Part shown: positions 17,820 through 28,178 of the stretch, piece by piece | How positions within the stretch are numbered: position 1 is the stretch's first letter | Layout: each line of letters opens with the position of its first letter | DNA from: Acidobacteriota bacterium | GTDB taxonomy: Bacteria; Acidobacteriota; Thermoanaerobaculia; Gp7-AA8 | NCBI GenBank assembly: GCA_019244185.1 | Contig: JAFATB010000002.1 | Coordinates: 1 to 64,000 of the forward strand | Length of the DNA: 64,000 nt | Direction: 5' to 3' | Position numbers and translations under genes: made by a program | The notes under the pieces: model-generated | The model's input: only the letters and a program-made list of their open reading frames with translations | What the model was told of the DNA's origin: nothing | The model's database searches: none

Positions 17820-19931
17820 CTATTCGCTGCCAATCACCCACTTCTCGTACGTCTCGCCCGGCAGCTCGCGGACGAAGCGCGAGGGTTCCATGAGGATGTC
17901 CATGCCGCCGCGGTCGCGGCCCATCACCGGGAAGACGAGATAGAGCTCCTGCATCGCGCGCGTCACGGCGACGTAGAACAGGCGGCGCTCTTCTTCTTCG
18001 CCGGGGATCACGAGCTCGCGCGTGCCCTTGTCGTCGATCACCGGCGCGTCGTTCGTCGCGCCTTCGAGCAGCGGCAGGGCCTCGTGCACGCGGTTCGGCT
18101 CGATGCGGATGATGCCGCCGGGGACGCGCAGCGCGCGCTGCGACGGGAAGCGTCCGTCCGCGAGCCAGATCACGAAGACGACGCGCCACTCCAGCCCCTT
18201 CGCCTGATGCACGGACGTCAGCACGATCTTCTCGTCCTCGGGACCGACGACCGCGACGTCTTCGCCCGCGATCGGATTCGCGAGCGCGACCTCGTCGAGA
18301 AAGCGCTCCGTGTCCTCGTAACGCAGCGCGTACTGCGAGAGCTGTTCGAGATCGTCGAGCCGCGCCTGCGCGTTCGGGAACTTCGAGCGCGCGTAGTCGG
18401 CGTAACCCTTTTCGACGACGAGGCGGATCGACTCCGATGGATTGTGCTGCATCGACTCCGAGCCGATCAGCTGCAGCACGCTCCGCAGTGAGCGCAGACT
18501 CTCCGCGACGCCGCGTCCGGACACGTCGACGCCGCGCACGAAGCGGTCGAGCGGATTGTTTGCGTCGCGAATGCGCGTCCAGACCTCGGCCGCCGTCTTC
18601 TCGCCGATCTTCGGATAGAGCTTCAGCACGCGCTTCCACGACAGCTCGTCGCGCGTGTTCGTGACGATCTTGAGGTAGCCGAGGACGTCTTTGATGTGCG
18701 CCTGCTCGAAGAAGCGGACGCCGGAGCGGATCTCGTACGGAATCAGGCGCCGCGACAGCTCCATCTGTAGCTCGAGCGACTGGTAGTGCGAGCGGTAGAG
18801 CACCGCGATGTCGGAGAGCTTCTCGCCCTCGTCGCGCAGCTCGAGGATGCGCTGCGCGATGAACGACGCCTGCTCGTACACGTCGTCCACGCCGACCACC
18901 GCGGGATCGGGGCCGTCGCCGCGCACGGCCTGCAACTCCTTGCGAAACTGAAAGCGATTGTTGGCGATGGTCGCGTTGGCGAGGCGCAGGATCTGCCGCG
19001 TCGACCGGTAGTTCGTCTCGAGCTTGTAGATCGTCGCCTCGGGGAACCGCAGCGGAAACGTGAGGATGTTCTCGAACGAGGCGCCGCGGAACGAGTAGAT
19101 CGACTGTGCGTCGTCGCCGACCACCATCACGTTCCGCCGCACGGACGCCATCGAATCGATGATGTCGGCCTGCAGCTTGTTCGTGTCCTGGTACTCGTCG
19201 ACGAGGATGTGCCGGTAGCGGCGCTGGAGTGATGCGGCCACGTCTTCGTGATCGTCGAGCAGCACTTTCCAGAAGACCAGCAGGTCATCGAAGTCCATCG
19301 CGTTCGCGTCGCGCTTGCGGTCTTTGTACTGGCGGAAGACGTTGACCATCTCCTCCTTGTAGAGAAGGAAATGCGGGTAGTTCTGCTCGAGATGGAGCTC
19401 GAGCGGCGTGCGCGTGTTGATGAGGAACGAGTAGATGTCGAGGAGGACGTCGCCTTTCGGGAAGCGCTTCTCGAGCGTCTTGATGCCGAGGGCGGAGACG
19501 GCGGATTCCATCGTCTCCTTGGCGTCCTCGTCGTCGAGGATGGAGAAGTTCGAGCGATAGCCGATGGCCTCGGCGTGACGGCGCAGGAGGCGGTTGCCGA
19601 TCGAATGGAACGTGCCGCCCCAGATGCGGCGCGTGTCGATGGTGACGAGCTGCTCGACGCGGGAGAGCATCTCGCGCGAGGCCTTGTTGGTGAAGGTGAC
19701 GATGAGGATCTCGGACGGATCGACGCCGTCTTCGATGAGGCGCGAGACGCGGTAGGTGAGGGTGCGGGTCTTGCCGCTGCCGGCGCCGGCGATGACGAGC
19801 ATCGGCCCTTCGCCGGCCATCACGACTTCGAGCTGCTCGGCGTTGAGCTGGCGGTCGTAGTCGACGCGGTACTGCTTCTGCGGTTTGGCGGGTTGCTTAA
19901 GGGTGTAACGACGGATTTTCGGCGTCGACAT
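17820..19931 (-). CDS. UvrD/PcrA/Rep family ATP-dependent DNA helicase
   Basis: AGAGSGKT, TFTNKA, VDEYQD, VGDDAQSIYSFRGA, NYRS, HQAKGLEW, EERRLFYVAVTRA. Confidence 0.95.
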   Translation of the reverse strand: MSTPKIRRYTLKQPAKPQKQYRVDYDRQLNAEQLEVVMAGEGPMLVIAGAGSGKTRTLTYRVSRLIEDGVDPSEILIVTFTNKASREMLSRVEQLVTIDTRRIWGGTFHSIGNRLLRRHAEAIGYRSNFSILDDEDAKETMESAVSALGIKTLEKRFPKGDVLLDIYSFLINTRTPLELHLEQNYPHFLLYKEEMVNVFRQYKDRKRDANAMDFDDLLVFWKVLLDDHEDVAASLQRRYRHILVDEYQDTNKLQADIIDSMASVRRNVMVVGDDAQSIYSFRGASFENILTFPLRFPEATIYKLETNYRSTRQILRLANATIANNRFQFRKELQAVRGDGPDPAVVGVDDVYEQASFIAQRILELRDEGEKLSDIAVLYRSHYQSLELQMELSRRLIPYEIRSGVRFFEQAHIKDVLGYLKIVTNTRDELSWKRVLKLYPKIGEKTAAEVWTRIRDANNPLDRFVRGVDVSGRGVAESLRSLRSVLQLIGSESMQHNPSESIRLVVEKGYADYARSKFPNAQARLDDLEQLSQYALRYEDTERFLDEVALANPIAGEDVAVVGPEDEKIVLTSVHQAKGLEWRVVFVIWLADGRFPSQRALRVPGGIIRIEPNRVHEALPLLEGATNDAPVIDDKGTRELVIPGEEEERRLFYVAVTRAMQELYLVFPVMGRDRGGMDILMEPSRFVRELPGETYEKWVIGSE

Positions 19932-20033
19932 GTGCGCGCGCGGAAGCGTAGCAGGTGAGAGGCCGCTTGCTTTACCATGCGTCGGGTTTTCGTATTTCGG
20001 TTCGTAATCGCACTTTCGTCCAGAGGAGGCTTG

Positions 20034-23000
20034 ATGCTCGCTTCACACCGCGTTAGCCGTTCCCTTCTCCTTTTCATACTGCTGTGTCTCGCCGCGCCGC
20101 TTCTCTTCGCGCAGCAGACCGGATCGATCAGCGGCAGAGTGACGGGCTCCGACGGGAGCGCGCTGCCGGGCGTGACCATCGAGGCGCGCTCGAACGTCCT
20201 GCCGCAGCCGCGCGTCACCACGACCAACGAGACCGGCGACTATCGCCTGCCGGAGCTCATCCCCGGAACGTACACGCTCACGTACACGCTCGCGGGGCTG
20301 CAGACGTCGACGCGCCGCGCGGACGTGCAACTGAGCAGCGACACCACGGTCAACGCGACCATGGGCATGGCCGGCGTCGCGGAAGAGATCACCGTCACGG
20401 CGATGACCACGCTCGTCAACCGCGAGTCGACGGCGCTGCAGAGCGGTCTCAACACCGAGCAGATCACGCAGCTGCCGGTGACGCAGAACTACAGCGACCT
20501 GCAGAAGTTCATCCCCGGCGTCATGTACAACCCCGACACGCTGCGCGGCCCGAGCGCCGGCGCGAGCGGTCAGGACAACGTCTACATGTTCGACGGCGTG
20601 AACGTGACCATGCCGCTGTTCGGCATCCTGAACAGCAACAACTCCGACCCGAACACGCACGACATCGCGCAGGTGACGGTCGTCCGCGGCGGCGCGAAGG
20701 CCATCGACTTCAACCGCGCCGGCGGCTTCCTCATCGACACGGTGACGAAGTCGGGCACGAACGAGTTCACCGGCGAGCTGTCGTACGAGGCGCTGAACAA
20801 GAACTTCGTCGCCGACCAGTCGGGGACGCAGGTGCTGACGTACCAGCAGGACCGCACCTGGGCCAGCGCGAACCTCGGCGGACCGATCATCGGCGACCGC
20901 CTCTTCTTCTACGGTTCCTACTACCGCCCGAAGTTCACGCGTGAGAATCAGGCGAACGTCTATGGCGACCTGCCGCAGTACACGCTCGACCGCACCGACT
21001 GGTTCGGCAAGCTGACGTACACGCCGCTCTCCTCGGTGCTCCTCAACGGCAGCTACCGCTACTCGACGACCGACGAGAGCCCCTCCCAGTTCACGCAGGT
21101 GCAGGCCGGAACGACCGGCACCGGCAACGAGAACTCGGTCAAGATCGGCTCGCTCGAAGGCTCGTGGATCGTGAATCCGAAGAGCTTCGCGACGGCGAAG
21201 GTCTACGACTTCCGCAATCCCGGCATCGGCGTCGCGTCGACGAAGGTCGACGTGGTGCCGGCGTTCACGAACGGCACGCACCTCGACATCGCCAACCTCG
21301 GCAATCAGGGGCGTCTCATCGTGCCGACGCTGCTCGGCAACAACACCGCGCAGAACGCATTCGTGGCGCCGTTCATCAATCAGTACGGCTACATCTGCCC
21401 GTCGAACGGCGCGTCGTCGCTCGGCTGCGTGCCCGGCCAGATCACCGGCGGCGGCACGGTCGGCGGCGGCCAGTTCTCGCGCGACGACGACAGCTTCTTC
21501 CGCAAGGCCGGACAGGCCGGCTACAACTACACGCTCGGCAGCCGCGTGACGCACGACCTGCACTTCGGCTACCTCCATCAGGAAGACTCGGAAGACCGCT
21601 TCCAGCTCTCGAATGGCTGGGGCGCGATCACGATTCCGGCGGGCGTCGGCTCGGCCGGCACCTGCCCCGCGCCGATCTGCGGCGCCGCGGCCGTCCCGGC
21701 GTTCTTCGTCGCGCAGGTCTCGCAGCAGGGCGCGCGCGGCGTGCCGACCATTCACTCCGAGGTGAAGTCGGACAACCTCGAGTTCAACGACACCATCCAC
21801 ATGGGCAACTGGTCGTTCAATGCCGGCCTGCTCGCCAGCCAGGACACGCTGTACGGCCAGGGCCTCGCCCGCGCCGATAACGTCGCCGGCTACATCGCCT
21901 CGGCCGGCACGAAGTACGAGATGCACAAGTTCGGCTTCAGCGAGATGCTCCAGCCGCGCGTCGGCGCGACGTGGGCGTACAACGGCAGCGACACGGTGTG
22001 GGTCAGCGCCGCGCGCTACATGCCGCCGGCGAACTCCGACGCGCGCGCCGCGTCGTGGGACCGCAATCTCGTCGCGCAGCTGAACGTCTACTTCGACGCC
22101 AGCGGCAACGAGATCGGCATCCAGCCGAACGCGTCGTCGTCCGGCAAGTGGTGGCAGGACGACATCAAGCACCCCGAGATCAAGGAGTACCTGATCGGCA
22201 CCAGCCGCCAGTTCACGCCGGCGTGGGCCACGCGCGTGTACGGCCGCTACCGCAAGGGCGACGACTTCATCGAGGACACGAACAACAACGCGCGCACCGC
22301 GTTCGGTGCGAACGTCCCGGGCGTGAAGCAGGAGCTCTACGTTCCGAACCTCGGATCCGTCTCCGCGCACACCGGCATCCTCGGCGCGATCGGCAGCGGT
22401 TCGAGCTACGTCATCGCCAACCTCGACGGCGCGTTCACGAAGTACTACGAGGCCACCGCGGAGTCGGAGTGGCACAACCGCAATCTCACGCTCAACGGCT
22501 CGTACACCTGGAGCCACTACTACGGCAACTTCGACCAGGACAACACGACCTTCAACGATGCGAACGACGCCGCGACGTTCATCGGCTCGTCGAACATCGG
22601 TGACGGCGCCGGCCGCCAGCTGTGGGACTTCAAGTACGGCGACCTCCGCGGCGACCGCCGCCAGAACGTCAAGCTCACCGGCATCTACGCGATGCCGTGG
22701 AACGCGACCCTCGGCGCATTCGCGCTGTATCAGTCGGGCCAGCCGTACCAGCTCGAGAGCGTGCTGCCGTACCGCCCGCTCACCGGCTCGACGAGCGACA
22801 CGAACCGCTACGCGGAGCCCGCGGGCACGCGCAAGTCGCCGTCGCACCATCAGCTCGATCTGAACTACACGCAGAACTTCGGACTGCCGCGCAAGACGAA
22901 CCTGCAGTTCACGGTGGCGGTGTTCAACCTCTTCGACACGCAGACGCCGTACAACTACGAGACGCGCATCGGCACGCTCGGCTTCACCAACGACAAGTCG

Positions 23001-23168
23001 GTGGCGCAAGTCGAGATCCCGAACTCGATCTCGGACGCGACGCTCAAGGCGCTGCTCGCGCCGAACGCGGCCACGTTCAACCGCGCCGACTGGGGCGTGA
23101 AGGCGCCGACGGCGAAGTCGTTCTACGCGCCGCGCCGCTTCCAGCTCACGGCGCGCTTCCAGTTCTGA
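20034..23168 (+). CDS. TonB-dependent receptor, Oar-like with carboxypeptidase-regulatory N-domain
   Basis: Signal peptide; TGSISGRV..GSALPGVT; TKSGTNEFTG; C-terminal PRRFQLTARFQF; GAGGAGG RBS. Confidence 0.92.
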   Translation: MLASHRVSRSLLLFILLCLAAPLLFAQQTGSISGRVTGSDGSALPGVTIEARSNVLPQPRVTTTNETGDYRLPELIPGTYTLTYTLAGLQTSTRRADVQLSSDTTVNATMGMAGVAEEITVTAMTTLVNRESTALQSGLNTEQITQLPVTQNYSDLQKFIPGVMYNPDTLRGPSAGASGQDNVYMFDGVNVTMPLFGILNSNNSDPNTHDIAQVTVVRGGAKAIDFNRAGGFLIDTVTKSGTNEFTGELSYEALNKNFVADQSGTQVLTYQQDRTWASANLGGPIIGDRLFFYGSYYRPKFTRENQANVYGDLPQYTLDRTDWFGKLTYTPLSSVLLNGSYRYSTTDESPSQFTQVQAGTTGTGNENSVKIGSLEGSWIVNPKSFATAKVYDFRNPGIGVASTKVDVVPAFTNGTHLDIANLGNQGRLIVPTLLGNNTAQNAFVAPFINQYGYICPSNGASSLGCVPGQITGGGTVGGGQFSRDDDSFFRKAGQAGYNYTLGSRVTHDLHFGYLHQEDSEDRFQLSNGWGAITIPAGVGSAGTCPAPICGAAAVPAFFVAQVSQQGARGVPTIHSEVKSDNLEFNDTIHMGNWSFNAGLLASQDTLYGQGLARADNVAGYIASAGTKYEMHKFGFSEMLQPRVGATWAYNGSDTVWVSAARYMPPANSDARAASWDRNLVAQLNVYFDASGNEIGIQPNASSSGKWWQDDIKHPEIKEYLIGTSRQFTPAWATRVYGRYRKGDDFIEDTNNNARTAFGANVPGVKQELYVPNLGSVSAHTGILGAIGSGSSYVIANLDGAFTKYYEATAESEWHNRNLTLNGSYTWSHYYGNFDQDNTTFNDANDAATFIGSSNIGDGAGRQLWDFKYGDLRGDRRQNVKLTGIYAMPWNATLGAFALYQSGQPYQLESVLPYRPLTGSTSDTNRYAEPAGTRKSPSHHQLDLNYTQNFGLPRKTNLQFTVAVFNLFDTQTPYNYETRIGTLGFTNDKSVAQVEIPNSISDATLKALLAPNAATFNRADWGVKAPTAKSFYAPRRFQLTARFQF

Positions 23169-23190
23169 TCCTCGGTCAACGCTGTTGACG

Positions 23191-23227
23191 AAACGAGGCC
23201 GGGCTTTCGAGCCCGGCCTCGTTTTTT
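23191..23227. terminator. Intrinsic terminator between convergent genes
   Basis: AAACGAGGCCGGGCT-TTCG-AGCCCGGCCTCGTTTTTT. Confidence 0.9.
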
Positions 23228-25217
23228 ACTGAAAGAGCCGCTCGCGTGCGATGAGCTCGCGCGTCATCGCGTTCGCATGCGCGCGCGCCGCGGCGATGCG
23301 CCCCGGCGCGTCGGGCTCGCGCAGTAGGACGCTGACCTGCGCGCGCTTGAAGAGCGCCATCGGATACGCCTCGCTCGACGCCGGGACGCGGTCGAGCGCA
23401 TCGCGCGCGTCGGCGAGCCGGCGATCGGCGAGATAGAGCACGCCGAGCTCGAGGTCGACGTTCGCGCCGGCTGCGCGCGCGCGTTCGAACGCGTCGATCG
23501 CCACCGGCGTCTGACCGAGTTGCATCGCGAGCGTGCCGGTGTGCACGAGCTCCGCGGCGGTCGGCGCACGCAGCGCGGCGACCTTCTGCCGCAACGCGAG
23601 CGCGTCGTCGAGGCGACCTTCGCGCTCGCGGATCGCGGCGAGCGCCTCCAGCGCGGGCACGCGCTCCGGCGACTGCGCGAGGACGTGCTCGAGCATCGGC
23701 TCCGCTTTCTGCCAATCCTTCGTGCGCGCGTAATGCAGCGCGAAGTACGTCTCGACATCCTGCGATTGCGGCGCGACGGCGCGCGCGCGCTCGTACGCGG
23801 CGACGGCCTGCGCGTCGTGGCCGAGGGAGGAGTGCGAGGTGGCCAGACGGAGGATCGCCTCGAGGTTGTGCGGATCGGCGGCGACGATTTTCTCGAGCAG
23901 CGGAATCGCTGCCGCGTATTGCTCGCGCACGAACAGCCCCGCGGCGTCATCGAGCAGCGGAAAGAGTGCGGTCATGTCGGCGGGACGCGGCGCATCGGCG
24001 CGGACGACGGGCGCCACGGTCGATCCGACGTAGCCGAGGGCGGCGAGCTTCTTCTGGTCTTCTGTCGACATCGCGCTCGACGGCGGCGGCGCGGCGGCGT
24101 TCGCGGAGGGCACGGGATAGTCGCGGAGCGCGGCGCGGACGGCGCGCGAAAGCGAGGCAGACGTCGCGTTTGCGACCGCGAGGTTGTGCGTCTCGTGCGG
24201 ATCGGCGATGACGTCATAGATCTCGAGCGCGCCGGCACGGATCGTTTTCTGCTGCGCCTCCACGGCCATCATCTGCGGCTGCCAGCCGTAGTCGAGAAAC
24301 GGCTTCATCGCTTCCGCGACGACGACTTCGCCGTTCGCGCGGCGCAGGCTGTTCTCGTCGCCGAGGCCCGCCCAGTCGCGGATCGTGTGGAAGATGCGGC
24401 GCGTGCTGACCGGCTGCGCGTTTGAGCCCGGAGTCACGCCCGGTCCCACGATGACGAGCGGCACGTGCATCGTCGACTGGTACATGAGATTGCCGTGCTG
24501 CGCCTCGCCGTGCTCGCCGAGTCCTTCGCCGTGATCTCCCGCGATGACGATCGCGCGCGCGGCGCCGGCGTTCGCGTCGAACGCCGCGACCAGGCGCCCG
24601 AGCTGCGCGTCCATCGCCGCGACTTCGCCCATGTACGGATTCTTCGCGTACCGCGTGCGATACGGCTCGGGCGGCGTGTACGGGTAGTGCGGCTCGTAGT
24701 AGTGCACCCAGAGAAAGCGCGGCTTCGTCGAACGTTGCGCGAGCCACGCGACCGCGCGGTCGGTCGTCTCGCGCGCGGAGCGCTCCTGCAGTCCCGCGGA
24801 CGGCTCGTCGTCGTACACGTCGAAGCCGCGCGCGAGGCCGAAGCGCCGCGCGAGTGCGAAGGCGGAGACGAAGGCCGCGGTGTCGTAGCCGGCGTTCTTC
24901 ACGAGCTCCGCGATCACCGGCTCGTTCGCCGCGAGATAGCGGCCGTTCTCGTGAATGCCGTGTCCCGGCGGATAGAGGCCGGTGAGCATCGAGCTGTGCG
25001 ACGGCAGCGTCTGCGGCGTGGTGCAGTACGCCTGCGTGAAGCGCAGCCCGCGCGATGCGAGCGCGTTGAATGCCGGCGTGGCATCGCCGATCGCGTCCGC
25101 GCGCGTGGTGTCGAGCGTCACGAGGAGGATCGACGGCCGCGGTTCCGAGTGCGCCGGCGCGGGCGCTTCGTGGCAGGAGAGAACGAGCAGCGCGAGCAGC
25201 GTGAGGCGGAGCTTCAC
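23226..25217 (-). CDS. Sulfatase-like (alkaline phosphatase superfamily) lipoprotein with C-terminal TPRs
   Basis: LVTLDTTRAD, TLPSH, WVHYYEPH, GDHGEGLGEHGE, VPLVI, LAALGY, then TPR helices. Confidence 0.9.
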   Translation of the reverse strand: MKLRLTLLALLVLSCHEAPAPAHSEPRPSILLVTLDTTRADAIGDATPAFNALASRGLRFTQAYCTTPQTLPSHSSMLTGLYPPGHGIHENGRYLAANEPVIAELVKNAGYDTAAFVSAFALARRFGLARGFDVYDDEPSAGLQERSARETTDRAVAWLAQRSTKPRFLWVHYYEPHYPYTPPEPYRTRYAKNPYMGEVAAMDAQLGRLVAAFDANAGAARAIVIAGDHGEGLGEHGEAQHGNLMYQSTMHVPLVIVGPGVTPGSNAQPVSTRRIFHTIRDWAGLGDENSLRRANGEVVVAEAMKPFLDYGWQPQMMAVEAQQKTIRAGALEIYDVIADPHETHNLAVANATSASLSRAVRAALRDYPVPSANAAAPPPSSAMSTEDQKKLAALGYVGSTVAPVVRADAPRPADMTALFPLLDDAAGLFVREQYAAAIPLLEKIVAADPHNLEAILRLATSHSSLGHDAQAVAAYERARAVAPQSQDVETYFALHYARTKDWQKAEPMLEHVLAQSPERVPALEALAAIREREGRLDDALALRQKVAALRAPTAAELVHTGTLAMQLGQTPVAIDAFERARAAGANVDLELGVLYLADRRLADARDALDRVPASSEAYPMALFKRAQVSVLLREPDAPGRIAAARAHANAMTRELIARERLFQ

Positions 25218-25243
25218 GCCGCTCGTTCTAGCACAACGCGCGT

Positions 25244-25654
25244 TCAGCTTGCGCCGAGCTGCTGGAGCAGCGACAGCCGGTCGAGCACGACGCGATGTTC
25301 GCGGATGCGGTCGTCGCGAACGGTGAGGATGTCGATCACTTCGAACGCGACCCGGTTGCCGGACGCCGGCACGCCGAGGAACGGACCGCGGTGCGTGCCG
25401 TCGAAGGTCTTGCGCGTGACGACCTTCTCGTCGTCGGCGATCTGTTCGCCGATGGTGATGCGCAGATCGGGGAACGCCGCGCGCAGGCCGGCGAAGAGCA
25501 TGCGCACGCCGTCGCGCGTCGGCGGCAAGCCGGGCATGGGCGAGTAGTCGACGAAGTCGTCGCCGAGCAGTTCATCGACGACCTCCAGCCGTCCGCCTTC
25601 CTGCGCTTCTTCGATCAGACGCCGCACGAGCTGCTTGTTCGATTCCGCGGACAT
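25244..25654 (-). CDS. SnoaL-like ester cyclase
   Basis: NKQLVRR...AAFPDL...IADDEKVV...GTHRGPFLGVPASG; GGAGA RBS. Confidence 0.9.
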   Translation of the reverse strand: MSAESNKQLVRRLIEEAQEGGRLEVVDELLGDDFVDYSPMPGLPPTRDGVRMLFAGLRAAFPDLRITIGEQIADDEKVVTRKTFDGTHRGPFLGVPASGNRVAFEVIDILTVRDDRIREHRVVLDRLSLLQQLGAS

Positions 25655-25701
25655 GGTGTCTCTCCTCGATAGACGCCTACGTGCGCGGCGCGCGCGCGGA
25701 T

Positions 25702-27531
25702 TCATGCGGCGCCGACGTCGATTACGACGAGCGTCAGGTCGTCGGCGTCTTCGCTCGCCTCGCCGCGCCACGCGACGACCGCGTCGATCACGGCGTCGGG
25801 CGAGGCGTTGCGCCGCACGACGTCGCGGAAGCGCTCCTCGCCGAACATTTCGTCGCGCGCGTTGCGCGCCTCGAGGATGCCGTCGGTGTACGCGACGATG
25901 CGGTCGCCGGGCGCCAGCTCGTACGCGGCGGCGGTGTAGGTCGCGTTGCGGAAGCGGCCGAGGAGCGGCGACGGCGGGCCGAGCTCGAGGAAGGTGTCGC
26001 CGCGCACGAGGAGCGGCGGCGGATGCCCCGCGTTGGCGACGGTGACGCGGCGCGCGCCGGCGTCGAACCACAAGTACGTCGCGGTGAGAAAGCCGCGGCG
26101 CAGGTCGCGCGCGAGCGTGCGGTTGAGCGCGTCGAGCAGCGCGGCCGGATCGTCGGCGAGCCGCTCCTGCGACGTCACGGCGATCTTCGCCATCGACGCG
26201 ATCAGCGCCGCGGGCACGCCGTGGCCGGCGACATCGCCCACGAAAACGCCCGCGTGCGTCGCCCCGACGCGCAAAAAGTCGTACAGATCGCCGGCCACCG
26301 ACGACGCCGGGACGTAACGCGCGTCGACGCGCAGCCCCGCGACCTCCGGCATCGACGGCGGCAGGATCGACTGCTGGATCTCGCGCGCCGTCGCGAGCTC
26401 GTTGTCGATGGCGAGGCGTTCGCGCTCGCCGCGCACGAAGCGCACCGTCGCCGCGTAGCCGAGCGCCGCGGCGAAGAGCAGAAAGCCCGGCGTCTCGACC
26501 GCGCTCTGCCACGGCAACACGCCGAGGCGCGCGAGGTTGTTGTTCATCGAGAAGAGGAGAAACGCGAGCGCGCCGGCGACAACCACGCGCAGCTCGCGCG
26601 TCCACAGCCGCCGTTCGACGAGCAGGTTCACGGCGACGATGAGACCGGCGGCGATGACGAGCACGTGGTTCACCGCGTCGAGCGATTCGGCGCGGCCGGC
26701 GATCCAGTCGGACGCGACGCCGATCGGCGCGAAGACGACGAAGACGCGGATCAGCCAGCGCAGCGAGCCGCGCCAGCCGTCGCCCATCAGCTCGCGCGTC
26801 AGCATCCACGCGGGGATGTTGATGATGTAGGTGATGATCGCCGCCGCGCGCACGGAGTCGGACCAGCGCGCGCCGAGCGCGATCGGAAACGCGGTCTGCA
26901 GCGCGACGCGCGTGCCGTACAGCAGCGTGAACCAGCCGAAGAGCCGCAGCGTGCGATCCGCGTCGCGCCGCAGCGCCGAGACGAGGAGCGCGAGCAGGCC
27001 GGAAACCGCGAGGGCGATGCCGAGGAGCGCTTCGCCGGCGTCGACGCGGAACGGCGCGAAGATGACGCTCACGAGCGCCGACGAGAGCGTGCCGCGCGTC
27101 GCCAGCAGCGGATTGCCGCCAAAGTACGGCGGCTCGCCCGCGTGCGGCACGCGCACGTACAGCATGCGTCCCGCACTATGCGGCGGCAGCTCGACGACGT
27201 GCAGCGTGAGCCGCGAGTCCGCGCCGGGATCGTCGAACGTGTAGACCGGCGTCGCGTCGACGTACACCACGAACGCCGGGATGTACGCGCGCGTGACCAT
27301 CCGCGCGTCGTCCGGCATCACCGCCGGCAGCGGATGGCGGAACCAGAGGTCGGTGCGTGGATCGCCGGCGACGTTGCCGCTCCACCCCGACGCCGGCGGC
27401 GTCGAGCGCGGCGGCGTGCGCGCGTAGAGCCACGTGTCGCCGAGCGTCGTCACGCGCGGCGGCGCGGCGCGGCACGCGAACATCAAGAGACAGACGATCG
27501 GCAGCACGACGCGGCGCACGATGACGCGCAT
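25702..27531 (-). CDS. Membrane-bound SpoIIE/RsbU-type PP2C phosphatase
   Basis: About 7 TM sensor region, then ELATAREIQ, VAGDLYD, GDVAGHG, NAGHPPP, YTDG, DDLT. Confidence 0.92.
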   Translation of the reverse strand: MRVIVRRVVLPIVCLLMFACRAAPPRVTTLGDTWLYARTPPRSTPPASGWSGNVAGDPRTDLWFRHPLPAVMPDDARMVTRAYIPAFVVYVDATPVYTFDDPGADSRLTLHVVELPPHSAGRMLYVRVPHAGEPPYFGGNPLLATRGTLSSALVSVIFAPFRVDAGEALLGIALAVSGLLALLVSALRRDADRTLRLFGWFTLLYGTRVALQTAFPIALGARWSDSVRAAAIITYIINIPAWMLTRELMGDGWRGSLRWLIRVFVVFAPIGVASDWIAGRAESLDAVNHVLVIAAGLIVAVNLLVERRLWTRELRVVVAGALAFLLFSMNNNLARLGVLPWQSAVETPGFLLFAAALGYAATVRFVRGERERLAIDNELATAREIQQSILPPSMPEVAGLRVDARYVPASSVAGDLYDFLRVGATHAGVFVGDVAGHGVPAALIASMAKIAVTSQERLADDPAALLDALNRTLARDLRRGFLTATYLWFDAGARRVTVANAGHPPPLLVRGDTFLELGPPSPLLGRFRNATYTAAAYELAPGDRIVAYTDGILEARNARDEMFGEERFRDVVRRNASPDAVIDAVVAWRGEASEDADDLTLVVIDVGAA

Positions 27532-27569
27532 AGTACAAGCGCGCGATTCGGCGCGGTATCCTCCGCGCC

Positions 27570-28178
27570 ATGCTCAACTACATCTGGTTCGGGCTCATGG
27601 CCATCGCGCTCGTCGTGGCCGCGTTCAACGGCACCGCCGCCGCCGTCACGACGGCCGCCGTCGACTCCGCAAAGACCGCCGTCGAGATCGCCCTCGGGCT
27701 CATCGGCATCATGACGCTCTGGCTCGGCATCATGCGCATCGCCGAAGCCGCCGGCCTCGTGACGCTCCTCGGCCGCGCGCTGCGGCCACTGCTGCGGCTC
27801 CTGTTCCCCGAGGTTCCGGCGGAGCATCCGGCGAACGGCGCGATCGTCATGTCGCTCGCCGCGAACATGCTCGGCCTGTCGAACGCCGCGACGCCGCTCG
27901 GCATCAAGGCGATGGAAGAGCTGCAGACGCTGAATCCCGAACCGGAGACCGCGTCGAATCCGATGGTCACGTTCATGACGCTCAACACGTCGGGCGTGCA
28001 GCTGATCCCGAGCACGATGCTCGGCGTGCTCGCCGCGGCGGGCTCGCGCAATCCGACCGCGATCATCGCGACGTCGCTCGTGGCGACGTTCGCCGGCGCC
28101 GTCGCGGCCGTGCTCTCCGCGAAACTGCTGCAGCGCTTCTTCCCGGTCGCGCGACGCCAGCCGGAGGTCGCGCAGTGA
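27570..28178 (+). CDS. spmA: SpmA-like nucleoside-recognition (Gate) membrane protein
   Basis: MLNYIW, WLGIMRIAE, ANMLGLSNAATPLGIKAMEELQ. Confidence 0.9.
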   Translation: MLNYIWFGLMAIALVVAAFNGTAAAVTTAAVDSAKTAVEIALGLIGIMTLWLGIMRIAEAAGLVTLLGRALRPLLRLLFPEVPAEHPANGAIVMSLAANMLGLSNAATPLGIKAMEELQTLNPEPETASNPMVTFMTLNTSGVQLIPSTMLGVLAAAGSRNPTAIIATSLVATFAGAVAAVLSAKLLQRFFPVARRQPEVAQ

